IMG/VR virus record: IMGVR_UViG_3300045988_014525 | Reading direction: 5' to 3' (one strand) | From: a virus | Length of the DNA stretch: 64,000 bases | Part shown: in pieces, positions 34,842 to 44,247 of the stretch | Numbering within the stretch: position 1 is the first letter of the stretch | Layout of the letters: each line of letters opens with the position of its first letter | Translations under genes and position numbers: made by a program | The notes under the pieces: generated by a model | What the model saw: only the letters and a program-made list of their open reading frames with translations | Database searches by the model: none | What the model was told of the DNA's origin: nothing

Positions 34842-35114
34842 ATGGAAAGTAATAAACTAACTGTTGAAGAATTTGCTCGTAATAATCTTGGTAAATCTTT
34901 TAAAACATTTGATAAAGATCATATTATTCCTTTTGAAACAGAAGCTATGATTGTAGGTTATAGTTCTTTTAAACAACTTCTTATTTGTTCTGTTACAGAA
35001 TATGGTGGTTGGAGACGTTTTGATGAAGATGATATACTTCTTGTTCATAGTCCTCTAAGTTATAGTTATTTTTATATAGTTCATACTGAACTTATTGCTA
35101 AAAATTTATTATGA
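34842..35114 (+). CDS. Small protein, paralog A of a tandem pair (90 aa)
   Basis: NLGKSF...AMIVGYSSFKQLLICSVTEYGGWRRFDEDDILLVHSPLSYSYFYI aligns with the next ORF. Confidence 0.6.
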   Translation: MESNKLTVEEFARNNLGKSFKTFDKDHIIPFETEAMIVGYSSFKQLLICSVTEYGGWRRFDEDDILLVHSPLSYSYFYIVHTELIAKNLL

Positions 35115-35356
35115 TAAATGTTGAACAAATATGTAGTCTTAATCTTGGTAAAGAGATTGACTATGGAGATTATAAAGCTATAATTGTAGGTTATAATACA
35201 GAATATAATTTTATTATATGTTCTTCTACTAAAGATGATGGTTGGAATGAATTAATAGATTCAGATATTATTCTTATTCAAAGTCCTCTTAACGTTTCGT
35301 TTTTCTATATTGCACCTAATTATGAATATTATCGAATGCAACTACAATTACCATGA
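35111..35356 (+). CDS. Small protein, paralog B of a tandem pair (81 aa)
   Basis: NLGKEI...AIIVGYNTEYNFIICSSTKDDGWNELIDSDIILIQSPLNVSFFYI. Confidence 0.6.
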   Translation: MINVEQICSLNLGKEIDYGDYKAIIVGYNTEYNFIICSSTKDDGWNELIDSDIILIQSPLNVSFFYIAPNYEYYRMQLQLP

Positions 35357-36822
35357 AAAACAATGTAGAAGAAATATATAATGAAGCTGCTGATAAATGG
35401 CGTAATGCTTCTGGTATTGGAAGTATTATTCTAACGCAGCCATTAGATATTATTAAACTTGCTGTTCATATCTTAGATAAGATGATTATAAAATCACCTA
35501 ATCTATTGGTTATGATAATATGTGAAAACCTAACTGATCGAGCTAATATTCTTTATGCTATTGAAAATACTTCTGTTAATAGTGAAACTTATAAGAAGCT
35601 AATTGCTGAGAAATACATTAACGTATTCACTAGAGATTATATTGAAAAGTCTACTTATCGAGGAATTAATAAGAAAGATCTTCTTATTACTATTAATGTT
35701 ACTAAATTTAAAGGTATCATTGAGAGATATGAAGGTGCTAGTTGTTTTAAATATAAATTAGTTCTAACTAATGAAATAGATAAAGTTGCTAGTAATGCTG
35801 TTCTTATGTATCAATTTGCTCCGAAAGTTTATTCGTTAAACTATTCGTCTTTGTTGAGCAAGTCGATTAATTCCCCCGTAAAGGAATACCAAATCGGATG
35901 TACTCTTAGTCAACCTGATCAAGAACATTATGATAAATGTACTAATTACATTAATGATAGTGTTAATATATTCGGTGATTTTAATAAGATAGAAGAATGT
36001 CGTGTAGGTAATCGTGAACTTAATTTATCTGCTGAGGCATGTCGTACTCTTGTTGCTGAATATAATGGTTGGCGTCCTGTTATGGATATGTCCGATATAA
36101 TGGCTAAACGTCTTGATGATCTTTATAATCCTATTGCTCTTGGTGAACGTGTTAATCAAGTTTATAACATTATGCGTGAAAGACGTAATCTTGTTACTGA
36201 TAACATTGTTAAACTAGAGAAGATACTAGAGATCGTTAAGTCTAATCTAGGCAAGAAGATTCTTATAGTCTCAATGCGTGGAGAATTTGCTAGTAAAGTT
36301 ACTGACTACATCAATAGCAATGTTGAATGTACTGGTAAATCAGTTCCTACTAATGGAGAAATATTTGATACTAATATCAAGTTTCTTCAATACGACTATT
36401 GCGGTAATTACCATAATGATATGGAAGGTATTCCAGCTTATGATAAATTTGGTAAACCTAAGGTTTATAAGAGTGGAAAGAAAATAGGTCAACCTATTAT
36501 AATGCAGGCAAAAGCACAGCGTTCACAAAATTTAACATTGTTCAACGATGACTGCATACGGGTGCTATCTGCTAATAATTCGATAGATACTGATTTCAAT
36601 GCTATCGTAGACCTTGTTATTTTCACTTCTCCGATGTGTTATTCTCTAAGAGATATAAAGTATCGGATACCGAACTTATCGTTTAGTACTGAACCTAATA
36701 TTATATATAAGGTATATGTGATAAATTCAATCGAAGAAAAGAAACTTAATGAGACGAAAGGAGGAAAGAACTATGAAATAGTTAAAGATTGTGAAAACGA
36801 TGATATAGCTATTGATTTTTAA
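35353..36822 (+). CDS. Hypothetical replication-module protein, possible SF2 ATPase/helicase (489 aa)
   Basis: ORF track; ATG verified. Only weak helicase-like strands were seen (KLVLTNEIDK, KILIVSMRGEFASKV). Function is not secure. Confidence 0.3.
   Translation: MKNNVEEIYNEAADKWRNASGIGSIILTQPLDIIKLAVHILDKMIIKSPNLLVMIICENLTDRANILYAIENTSVNSETYKKLIAEKYINVFTRDYIEKSTYRGINKKDLLITINVTKFKGIIERYEGASCFKYKLVLTNEIDKVASNAVLMYQFAPKVYSLNYSSLLSKSINSPVKEYQIGCTLSQPDQEHYDKCTNYINDSVNIFGDFNKIEECRVGNRELNLSAEACRTLVAEYNGWRPVMDMSDIMAKRLDDLYNPIALGERVNQVYNIMRERRNLVTDNIVKLEKILEIVKSNLGKKILIVSMRGEFASKVTDYINSNVECTGKSVPTNGEIFDTNIKFLQYDYCGNYHNDMEGIPAYDKFGKPKVYKSGKKIGQPIIMQAKAQRSQNLTLFNDDCIRVLSANNSIDTDFNAIVDLVIFTSPMCYSLRDIKYRIPNLSFSTEPNIIYKVYVINSIEEKKLNETKGGKNYEIVKDCENDDIAIDF
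35871..35886 (+). repeat. GC motif copy
   Basis: ttcccccgtaaaggaa. The gene reads NSPVKEY. Confidence 0.9.
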
Positions 36823-36854
36823 AGTGATACTATTGTTATTCAAACAAAAAGTAT

Positions 36855-36862
36855 TATCTTTG
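36855..36862 (+). promoter_or_regulatory. Bacteroidota-type -7 box TATCTTTG
   Basis: Matches TAnnTTTG. Lies 31 nt upstream of the ATG at 36893. Confidence 0.45.
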
Positions 36863-36892
36863 TAATGTAATAATAAAGCGAACCTTGAAATA

Positions 36893-37783
36893 ATGGAAGA
36901 AGTAGAAAAAGAACGTAGTGTTCAAGTTTCTAGTAGAACTAATGAAATAGTTAGTCCTACTGTTAATAATCTCAATCTTTTAAATCCCGAAGAAAGAGGA
37001 AAACTTGAACTGTATCTTAAATCTATTATGGGAAGTGAAAAGTGCGGTATTAAATCAATGGCTGATGGTTTAGCTATATTTAGTAGAGCACAAGACTTAG
37101 GTTTACCTTTTACTAGTAGTATTGAACATATTAGCGCTATCAATGGTAAAACCGTAATAGATGTTCATTTAATCAAAGCATTGTTACTAAAGGCAGCTAT
37201 AACATGGGAGTGTACAAAAGATTATATAGCTCAGTATGAATGTACTGATGGTAATAATGTTTATATTGATGGAAAGATACCCGATTACTGTAAGCGTTTT
37301 ACCACTAAGAAAGAAGCTCTTAAATACACTGCTGAACAAGATGGCGATAGTATAGGTGTTTATCCTGTTAGATATTATCAAGACTATAAAGGAAACATTT
37401 ATAAAGAGTATCAAATGAATGCTAGTTTTGGTATTTCAGTTAATGCTGAAAGTGCTGCTAAAATTCAAGCAGAAGGCAAAACTCCTGTGTTTCGTATAGC
37501 TCATATTCCAGTAGATTATATCACCGAATATAAATTTACTAGAGTCATCGACAATCGTGTTATTGAAGCTACTAGTCATTTCAGTTACAGTGAAGCTGTT
37601 ACTGCTGGACTTTTAGGTAAAGATACATATAGTAAATATGCTCGAATCTTAATAGGACATAGAGCATTTACTTATGGTGCTAGAGATATTGCTGCTGATG
37701 CTCTTCTTGGATGTCAAGAAATGACAGAGGCAAAGATCATGAATAACATTCCGCTAGAAGAAGCGGACGTTATACCAATTTAA
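36893..37783 (+). CDS. Hypothetical protein, possible RecT-like annealing protein (296 aa)
   Basis: LAIFSRAQDLGLPFTSSIEHISAINGKTVIDV loosely resembles the RecT GL-P...i..ing core. This is a weak call. Confidence 0.3.
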   Translation: MEEVEKERSVQVSSRTNEIVSPTVNNLNLLNPEERGKLELYLKSIMGSEKCGIKSMADGLAIFSRAQDLGLPFTSSIEHISAINGKTVIDVHLIKALLLKAAITWECTKDYIAQYECTDGNNVYIDGKIPDYCKRFTTKKEALKYTAEQDGDSIGVYPVRYYQDYKGNIYKEYQMNASFGISVNAESAAKIQAEGKTPVFRIAHIPVDYITEYKFTRVIDNRVIEATSHFSYSEAVTAGLLGKDTYSKYARILIGHRAFTYGARDIAADALLGCQEMTEAKIMNNIPLEEADVIPI

Positions 37784-37814
37784 TTACTATTAGATGTCTT
37801 ACTAATAGTGATTA

Positions 37815-37822
37815 TAGATTTG
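37815..37822 (+). promoter_or_regulatory. Bacteroidota-type -7 box TAGATTTG
   Basis: Matches TAnnTTTG. Lies 76 nt upstream of the ATG at 37898. Confidence 0.4.
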
Positions 37823-37897
37823 AAATTAGACAAGATAAACCAATGAGCGTAATGCTCAATAATTAATTAATTATATAACTTTTAAAATTTTAAAATT

Positions 37898-38647
37898 ATG
37901 GGACTTCAATTTGGAATGAAAGCAATTCAGAGTGGTAAAAGAATAGCAACTGGTAACAATGAACCGACATTGGTTGCTAACAGTACTAAAGCTCGTTTTA
38001 CTATTGCAGGTATCGTAAGCCGTACTATGGGACTTGTTTCCGGTGATTATGTACAGTTTATCAGTAACATTCCGTCTATTGACATGGCTATTGCAGAACG
38101 TGATTCTGAAATTGTTGCATGGTGCGAAGAAAACGGTGTTGAACTTGGTACTGATGCAGCCCGTGCAGCTCTTATCAAAGAATTCGGTTCTTACGCTATT
38201 TGTAAAGGTGTTCCAATGTACGAGAAAGACGGCAAACGCAAAATGGTTGGTGTTCGTATGACTGACGAACAGAAGCAAGTATCTTTCGACATGAACAAAG
38301 CCGCTATTGCTGAAGCGGTTGGTAAAGATATTGACGAAGTTACTATCGAAGATTACAATCCAGTTACAGAAGGTTTCACAGGTGCTAAAGCAACTTCTAC
38401 TTCTTCTCTTACTGGTATCGGTCTTCCTCTTGGTTTCTCCGACATCAATATGTGGAACGAACTGAAAGAAGATCTTGGCGATGCCGCAGAAGATTACAAT
38501 CGTGTTTATAAAGTTAATCTTAACGAACCGATTGAATGTGAAGTTGAGAACGGTAAAGAAGGTGAAGGAAGTGTTACTGTTGTAACTGCTTATCCATTCA
38601 CTTTTGAATCTGACGAAGAACCTACTCGCAAGAACGTTAAGAAATAA
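37898..38647 (+). CDS. Highly expressed-looking monocistronic protein, possible AbrB/SpoVT-like N-domain (249 aa)
   Basis: Has its own -7 box and a strong terminator, and GC-richer codons. ARFTIAGIVSRTMGLVSGDYVQF resembles the swapped-hairpin pattern. Confidence 0.3.
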   Translation: MGLQFGMKAIQSGKRIATGNNEPTLVANSTKARFTIAGIVSRTMGLVSGDYVQFISNIPSIDMAIAERDSEIVAWCEENGVELGTDAARAALIKEFGSYAICKGVPMYEKDGKRKMVGVRMTDEQKQVSFDMNKAAIAEAVGKDIDEVTIEDYNPVTEGFTGAKATSTSSLTGIGLPLGFSDINMWNELKEDLGDAAEDYNRVYKVNLNEPIECEVENGKEGEGSVTVVTAYPFTFESDEEPTRKNVKK

Positions 38648-38680
38648 TCTACTTATTCTATTCGCTCGTTACATTATAAA

Positions 38681-38716
38681 AAGACTGCTAAGTGTAAAAA
38701 CTTAGTAGTCTTTTTT
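38681..38716 (+). terminator. Rho-independent terminator
   Basis: AAGACTGCTAAGT-gtaaaa-ACTTAGTAGTCTT followed by TTTT. The 13-bp stem includes one G-U pair. Confidence 0.75.
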
Positions 38717-38740
38717 ATTGTTTGCAATTTTTCTTTTTAT

Positions 38741-38748
38741 TATATTTG
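38741..38748 (+). promoter_or_regulatory. Bacteroidota-type -7 box TATATTTG
   Basis: Matches TAnnTTTG. Lies 75 nt upstream of the ATG at 38823. Confidence 0.45.
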
Positions 38749-38764
38749 AACACTTTTGACAACA

Positions 38765-38793
38765 TACTGCTAAGCCTGTACAACTTAGTAGTA
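38765..38793 (+). promoter_or_regulatory. 5'-leader hairpin reusing the arms of the upstream terminator
   Basis: TACTGCTAAG-cctgtacaa-CTTAGTAGTA. The arms are the same words as in the 38681-38712 stem. Confidence 0.5.
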
Positions 38794-38822
38794 TTATTAT
38801 TAATCTTTAAATAATTAATTTT

Positions 38823-39842
38823 ATGAGTACTCAAAAAGAAACTGTTGAAGAAGTAAAAACTGGTGTTGAACAAGCTGCTAATGCAGGAACTCCTAAGAAA
38901 CGTCGTAGAGGTATTAGTAATGATACTCGTTCTACTTCTCGTTTGAAGTTTTCTCACAAAGACGTCAGAGTTAATGGCGTATTCTTAGGTCATTTAAAAG
39001 TCTACATGAAGTGGGTAACTTTTGGAGAAGATGCTAAAGGTTCTCCTTCTTTTATTGGTAAAGCTGTTCCTCAGCTAGTTATTGAATTCTCTTCTACTCA
39101 CACTAAAGAATCGGATAAGCGTTACAATACTCACACTATCTTTGCTCGTGAGTCTAATGCAGATAATATTCCGGGTGGTGCTAAATACCGATTCATTGAG
39201 AATGATTTCCAAATGATCAAGCATGTTCTTGATGTTATCGTTCTTAAAGGTCGTGAACTTACCGAAGCAGAAGAAGATGCTCTTGAACTCGGTTATGAAG
39301 ACTTCGATGAAAATGGTGCTTATGAACCTGTTGAAACAGACGAAGTTATTAAGGCTTGGGCTGTTCTTTTCGAGAACATTGTTAACATGATTGAAACAGG
39401 TGGTAAAGACGGTAAGTCTGCATTGCTTAATGAAAAGGGTGAACCTCGTTTATTCTGGGCTAAGATGTATCGTTATTATAAACAGAACGGCGAATGGGTT
39501 CCTGCTGCTTATGGTAGTAGTGTTGAAGGAGATCTTGTATTTCCTACTTATGTTAAGGAAGGAATCTTTGAAGAAGCATTCCTTGACGCAAATAAACAAG
39601 TGATTCCTTCTAAACGAGTTAAACTCGATGAAATCCGTGAATCTATTATTCCTATGGAAAACGTTACTCGTAAGAAACCTAACATGGCAGGTGCTCCTTC
39701 TATTGGTAATATTCCTGTTGGTGGTGGTATTATTCCCGGTGCTCCTATGATGCCGGGTGCTCCTATGGCTGCTCCTTCTGCTCCTTCTCAATTTGATGGA
39801 GTATTCAATGGTGATGGCAATGGAGATGATCTTCCGTTCTAA
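38823..39842 (+). CDS. ssDNA-binding protein candidate (339 aa)
   Basis: The C-terminus GGGIIPGAPMMPGAPMAAPSAPSQFDGVFNGDGNGDDLPF is a Gly/Pro/Met-rich disordered linker plus an acidic tip ending in DDLPF (compare bacterial SSB DDDIPF). The gene is a monocistronic, high-expression-style cassette. Confidence 0.5.
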   Translation: MSTQKETVEEVKTGVEQAANAGTPKKRRRGISNDTRSTSRLKFSHKDVRVNGVFLGHLKVYMKWVTFGEDAKGSPSFIGKAVPQLVIEFSSTHTKESDKRYNTHTIFARESNADNIPGGAKYRFIENDFQMIKHVLDVIVLKGRELTEAEEDALELGYEDFDENGAYEPVETDEVIKAWAVLFENIVNMIETGGKDGKSALLNEKGEPRLFWAKMYRYYKQNGEWVPAAYGSSVEGDLVFPTYVKEGIFEEAFLDANKQVIPSKRVKLDEIRESIIPMENVTRKKPNMAGAPSIGNIPVGGGIIPGAPMMPGAPMAAPSAPSQFDGVFNGDGNGDDLPF

Positions 39843-39868
39843 TCTAATTATTTAATCGTTAATAATTA

Positions 39869-39901
39869 ATCCCTAGATACTTTGATTTCTAGGGATTTTT
39901 T
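39869..39901 (+). terminator. Rho-independent terminator
   Basis: ATCCCTAGA-tactttgatt-TCTAGGGAT followed by TTTTT. Confidence 0.75.
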
Positions 39902-39936
39902 ATTATCTTTATGATACTAAAAATAAATTATTTATT

Positions 39937-40524
39937 ATGGAATTGAAAGATATTATAAAAGACGATTGGAAAGTTATAGATGATTTTCCTCGTTATCTAA
40001 TTAGTAATAGAGGTGAAGTATTTAGTATTACTTCTAATAAAGTTTTAAGAGTTGGCATAAATAAAGGATATGCCAAAGTAGTATTATGTAATAGTGCTAC
40101 TGGAAACAATAAAACTATTGAAGTACATAGGTTAGTAGCTAAAGCCTTTGTTAATAATCCTAATCCTAATGAATTTGTTCAAGTAAATCATAAAGATGAA
40201 AACACTTTAAATAATAATGCTAATAATTTAGAATGGTGTACTACTAAATATAATTCTAATTATGGAAATAGAAACAAAAAGTTAGCTAATTATTTTGCTC
40301 CGATTGTTCAAGTTGATTGTTTTAATAATAGACTTCGAATATTTAAAAACAATCAATGTGCTGCTAATTACTGTAATTGTTCACATAGCGCAATATCTAA
40401 ATGTCGTACTGGTCGTAATAGTACTTGTGCAGGATATAAATGGAAATCTCCTACTTTTGTTGAAGCTGCTAAACTAAGAGAAGTTATACAAAAAGATGAA
40501 GATGTGTTATATATTAATTTATGA
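39937..40524 (+). CDS. Free-standing HNH homing endonuclease (NUMOD4 plus HNH_3-like; 195 aa)
   Basis: DDFPRYLISNRGEVFS (NUMOD4-like). VHRLVAKAFVNNPNP...VNHKDENTLNNNANNLEW (HNH). C-terminal AISKCRTGRNSTCAGYKWK (DNA-binding module). Confidence 0.8.
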   Translation: MELKDIIKDDWKVIDDFPRYLISNRGEVFSITSNKVLRVGINKGYAKVVLCNSATGNNKTIEVHRLVAKAFVNNPNPNEFVQVNHKDENTLNNNANNLEWCTTKYNSNYGNRNKKLANYFAPIVQVDCFNNRLRIFKNNQCAANYCNCSHSAISKCRTGRNSTCAGYKWKSPTFVEAAKLREVIQKDEDVLYINL

Positions 40525-41657
40525 GAAGAGGAATAAAAAATAACTTATCTAAGACTTTTATATTGTCTAAAGTAAGTCAAGAACTAATATTTTCTAAATA
40601 TACTGGTATTCCTATTGAAATAATAAATAAATGTGTAACTGAAAATTCTCTTATATGTTCTCCTTTTAGAAATGATAGACATCCTACTGTTGGTTTTGCT
40701 TATAACGATAAACATAAACTAAAAATTAGAGATTTTGCAGGATATGGAATGTGGGGTGATTGTTTTGATGTTGTTGCGTATGTTCTAAGTTTTACTACTG
40801 GTCGTCAAATCAATGTAAATGTTAAAGCAGATTTTTATTATGTTCTCAAACATATTGCTTATACTTTCCGTAATATTATATATAACGGTGAAGTAGTTGA
40901 AGAAAATGAAGTGCTGCTTAAAGAAACTATTACTCGTATTAAAAATAGTAAAGCTGTTATAGAACTAGTAATTAGAGAATGGAACGAAAATGATAAGAAG
41001 ATATGGTCTAAATGGGGAATATCTTTGCATTGGCTAAATACTCATTTTGTTGTTCCTGTTGATCAAATGTATATTAATAGATTTTGTCAGCCAGAGCCAA
41101 AATATAATTATCGTACTAATGACCCTTGTTATGGTTATATTACTGGTCTTGATAGCAAAGGAATATATAATATTGAGTGTTATTTTCCTTTGCGAGATAG
41201 AACTAAAGGAGACGTTAAGTTCATTACTAATCATAATGGCTTAGTTGGTCTTCTTAATCTTAATAAGCCTAAGTACGATATAATTATTGTTACGAAGTCA
41301 TATAAAGATAATCTTGCGTTAGATAGTTGGCTACACTCTTCTCCTTTACGGGGGAAGTTGTCAGATGCCCTAATAGGAGTTATTAATGTTACTTCTGAAA
41401 GTTATGTTCTTAAACCATTTGAATATGAGTATCTCCAATCTAAACTTAATGATAATGGAATTATTATTAGTTTCTTTGATATGGATTTAACTGGTGTTCG
41501 TGGTGCTCGTCGTCTTAGAAAAGAATATGGTATTATTCCTATTCTCATTCCTAGAATTTATGATGCTAAAGACTTTTCAGAACTAATAGAAAAGTATTCA
41601 AAGGAAACAATTAACAGGTTTATAGAAGAAACCGAAAAACTATTCGATTATGAATAA
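40521..41657 (+). CDS. DnaG-like primase (zinc-binding-like N-domain plus Toprim-like domain; 378 aa)
   Basis: CSPFRNDRHPTVGF...WGDCFDVVAYV parallels DnaG CPFH.EKTPSF...GD.I.F. IIIVTKSYKDNLAL and FFDMDLTGVRGA parallel Toprim vvlvEGymD and DgDeAG, with the E position read as K. Confidence 0.5.
   Translation: MRRGIKNNLSKTFILSKVSQELIFSKYTGIPIEIINKCVTENSLICSPFRNDRHPTVGFAYNDKHKLKIRDFAGYGMWGDCFDVVAYVLSFTTGRQINVNVKADFYYVLKHIAYTFRNIIYNGEVVEENEVLLKETITRIKNSKAVIELVIREWNENDKKIWSKWGISLHWLNTHFVVPVDQMYINRFCQPEPKYNYRTNDPCYGYITGLDSKGIYNIECYFPLRDRTKGDVKFITNHNGLVGLLNLNKPKYDIIIVTKSYKDNLALDSWLHSSPLRGKLSDALIGVINVTSESYVLKPFEYEYLQSKLNDNGIIISFFDMDLTGVRGARRLRKEYGIIPILIPRIYDAKDFSELIEKYSKETINRFIEETEKLFDYE
41341..41357 (-). 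repeat. GC motif copy inside the primase gene
   Basis: ctcctttacgggggaag. The gene reads SPLRGK. Confidence 0.9.
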
Positions 41658-42144
41658 TGAAGAAATTATTATAGACTTGAATAAAGTCAAAACTCTTAAT
41701 AGGATAGTTGTAAATAGATATGGTCGTAATGAAGCTATTTACAGCTATCTTTATATGTATCCTCTTAGTGATATAGAAGAAAGTTTTATTGATGAGATTA
41801 AACGTAAACTTAAAGAAAATGATAATACGAATACTCGTATTAAACTTGCGGATGGTATTATTATAAGCATTTCTGATATTAAAGTTTATGGTGAAGTTGA
41901 TCTTAATGATGCTAGTGATTGCCAAGCAATTAAAGAATTGCTTTCTAAAGAAATCTATGAATGTCATCGTATTCCTAAAGCATTCGATTATAAGAATAAT
42001 ACTTGTACATCTAAAGGAAACTTTATTCAATGGACAGAAACAACTGATTATATAAAAGCGTTTCAGTATTATCATTCTCGAATTGGTAAACCTAAGAAGA
42101 TATTAATCGTAAGACTAAGTAAAGATGGCGCTAGACGGTCGTAA
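41650..42144 (+). CDS. Hypothetical protein (164 aa)
   Basis: ORF track; ATG verified. Confidence 0.55.
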   Translation: MNNEEIIIDLNKVKTLNRIVVNRYGRNEAIYSYLYMYPLSDIEESFIDEIKRKLKENDNTNTRIKLADGIIISISDIKVYGEVDLNDASDCQAIKELLSKEIYECHRIPKAFDYKNNTCTSKGNFIQWTETTDYIKAFQYYHSRIGKPKKILIVRLSKDGARRS

Positions 42145-42604
42145 TGCTTTCAGTTATAAACTAGATGCTAGCGATATTCGTATGATTGAATATAATGCTA
42201 ATAGTAAAGGTAGAGTTAATTATATGCGAGAACTTCTTGCTGAGATTGATCTACCTAATTATCGTTATCTTCAAACTATTCATTTTGGATATAAGTATAA
42301 TATGGCTGCTCTTGTTTATCTTGGTTATGATAAGAAACTGCTTCAAAAAGTACATGAAGCTAATCTCGAATACGAAATAACTAATCCTCCTATTATATAT
42401 GATAAAACTAAGCCAAAGCCAGTTAAACTTAAACGTACTAAGGGAGAAGGTAAGCGTGTTTGTGCCACCCCCGTAAGGAAAGGAGATAGTGATATTGTTC
42501 GTCTTATAAAGATAGAAGATAACACTGCTCTTAACGTTTCTCGTGAAACTGCTGTTGCTTTGTTTAATCAATTTAATGGTAAATATAGAATTGAAGAATT
42601 ATGA
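42125..42604 (+). CDS. Hypothetical protein (159 aa)
   Basis: ORF track; ATG verified. Overlaps the neighbours at both ends. Confidence 0.55.
   Translation: MALDGRNAFSYKLDASDIRMIEYNANSKGRVNYMRELLAEIDLPNYRYLQTIHFGYKYNMAALVYLGYDKKLLQKVHEANLEYEITNPPIIYDKTKPKPVKLKRTKGEGKRVCATPVRKGDSDIVRLIKIEDNTALNVSRETAVALFNQFNGKYRIEEL
42465..42483 (+). repeat. GC motif copy
   Basis: ccacccccgtaaggaaagg. The gene reads CATPVRKG. Confidence 0.85.
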
Positions 42605-43812
42605 TTGATACTAAAGAAATTACTCTTTATAAGCGTAACGCCAAAGGACAACCAATCTTTTGGACTGCTAAAGTTATCGGAAATAAGATACAACTTAATT
42701 TCGGTATTGTTGGCAAACAAGGAACTACTTGTGATTATATTCCTCCTAGAGGTATTGAGAAAGAATGGAAAACTATTGTTGCCGCTAAACGTAGAGAAGG
42801 TGGTATAGAATTATCAGAAGTTAGAGATGAAACTCCTAATATAATTAATGTTCAATTATATTCTTATCTTGATACTTATCTTCCTAAGTACAATACTACT
42901 AATGAAGGTTTTGTTCTTCCTCAACTTGCTAAAATCTATGAATTTGATCATGAAGAAAGATTCTTTGGTCAAACTAAAATAGATGGTGTTCGTGCTAATG
43001 TCTCTGCTTATATGACAGAAGACGGAATGTTCTCTCAACCGAAGTTGAGATTTCGTAGTAGAAAAGGTCTTGAATATAAATGTCCAAACTTAGAGATTTA
43101 TTTGTTGCAAATGTTGCCAAAGCAAGTATTGCAGAAAATGTTAGACGAAGATTATGTTCTTGATGGAGAATTGTATATTCCGAATCAAGGACTTAATAAT
43201 GTTCTTAGTGCCGCAGAGAATCTTACTAATCCTCTTAATCAACTTCTTCAATTTTGGTGCTATGATTTAGCTATTGAAGATATGCCTCAACATGCTAGAT
43301 TGGAATTTCTTAATAAACACTTTAATCGTTATAAAGTTCCTAATTATGCTCGTTCTACACTTCTTCGTAGCTATCATCTTAACAATAAGTCTCGTTTTGT
43401 TCTTTGCAATAATTACGAAACTAGTAATGATGAGCAAATTATTCAATATCGTAATCTATTTGTTGAAGCAGGTTTTGAAGGAATCATTCTTCGTAATCCT
43501 AATTCTTTCTATCAATTTGGTAAGCGTAATACTGCAATGTTTAAGTGTAAACCAATTCTTGATGGAAAGTTTAGGATTATTGATATTGTTCCCGAAGGAG
43601 CTAAACGTCCAGAATTCTCTAAGTTTATTCTTCAAAATGATATTAACGAAGAGACATTTGAATGTATGCCAGTAGGTGTTTCCGACATTCGTAAAATGTA
43701 TCTTAGTAATCGTGAATCTTATATAGGTAAGATTGCTTTTGTTGAATATCGTACTAGATCGGGAGTTAAACAAGTTCCTGCTCATGCTAATGTGATTAGA
43801 ATTGAAATATAA
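42601..43812 (+). CDS. ATP-dependent DNA ligase (403 aa)
   Basis: Motif I GQTKIDGVRA (KxDG), motif III VLDGELY, motif IV FEGIILRN, motif V MFKCKP. Confidence 0.85.
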   Translation: MIDTKEITLYKRNAKGQPIFWTAKVIGNKIQLNFGIVGKQGTTCDYIPPRGIEKEWKTIVAAKRREGGIELSEVRDETPNIINVQLYSYLDTYLPKYNTTNEGFVLPQLAKIYEFDHEERFFGQTKIDGVRANVSAYMTEDGMFSQPKLRFRSRKGLEYKCPNLEIYLLQMLPKQVLQKMLDEDYVLDGELYIPNQGLNNVLSAAENLTNPLNQLLQFWCYDLAIEDMPQHARLEFLNKHFNRYKVPNYARSTLLRSYHLNNKSRFVLCNNYETSNDEQIIQYRNLFVEAGFEGIILRNPNSFYQFGKRNTAMFKCKPILDGKFRIIDIVPEGAKRPEFSKFILQNDINEETFECMPVGVSDIRKMYLSNRESYIGKIAFVEYRTRSGVKQVPAHANVIRIEI

Positions 43813-43823
43813 TAACTATTAAT

Positions 43824-44174
43824 ATGATATACAATTATGAAGTAATAAGTAGTTCTAAATTAGATCGTTCTAAATCTTATATTGATTTTAAGAAACGACA
43901 ACTTTTTATTAAAGGTATTAGATTACCTACTCGAAAGTATTATATGTATCTTAGGAAACTAGATGTAATGTCTAATCGTAATATAATTTATATTGCTTTC
44001 GTTAAAGACAAAGTAAATTCTGCTTGTAGACTAATTACTCGTTCTGATTTCGGTTATTATAGAGTTGACTTCTCAGAAGTATTTGATGAATTTAATATTA
44101 AAGCTGATGTTAATGTTAACTTTAAACTCGAAGAATCAGATGATATGATAGAAGTCTATGAAATTATTATTTAA
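43824..44174 (+). CDS. Hypothetical protein (116 aa)
   Basis: ORF track; ATG verified. Followed by a terminator. Confidence 0.55.
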   Translation: MIYNYEVISSSKLDRSKSYIDFKKRQLFIKGIRLPTRKYYMYLRKLDVMSNRNIIYIAFVKDKVNSACRLITRSDFGYYRVDFSEVFDEFNIKADVNVNFKLEESDDMIEVYEIII

Positions 44175-44198
44175 GGGTTGATTTAATTAAAGTTTGCT

Positions 44199-44236
44199 GC
44201 TCGGTATTTGTTGTGAAACAAGTATCGAGCTTTTTT
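44199..44236 (+). terminator. Rho-independent terminator
   Basis: GCTCGGTATTTGTT-gtga-AACAAGTATCGAGC followed by TTTTTT. The 14-bp stem includes two G-U pairs. Confidence 0.7.
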
Positions 44237-44247
44237 CTTGATGTGTG

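Noticed and set aside
37871-38278. 135-aa minus-strand ORF and the 38034..38261 plus-strand alternate-frame ORF
   Set aside because: Both are embedded in the well-supported 37898..38647 gene, which has its own promoter and terminator. The products are Cys/Phe/Thr-rich nonsense typical of shadow frames.
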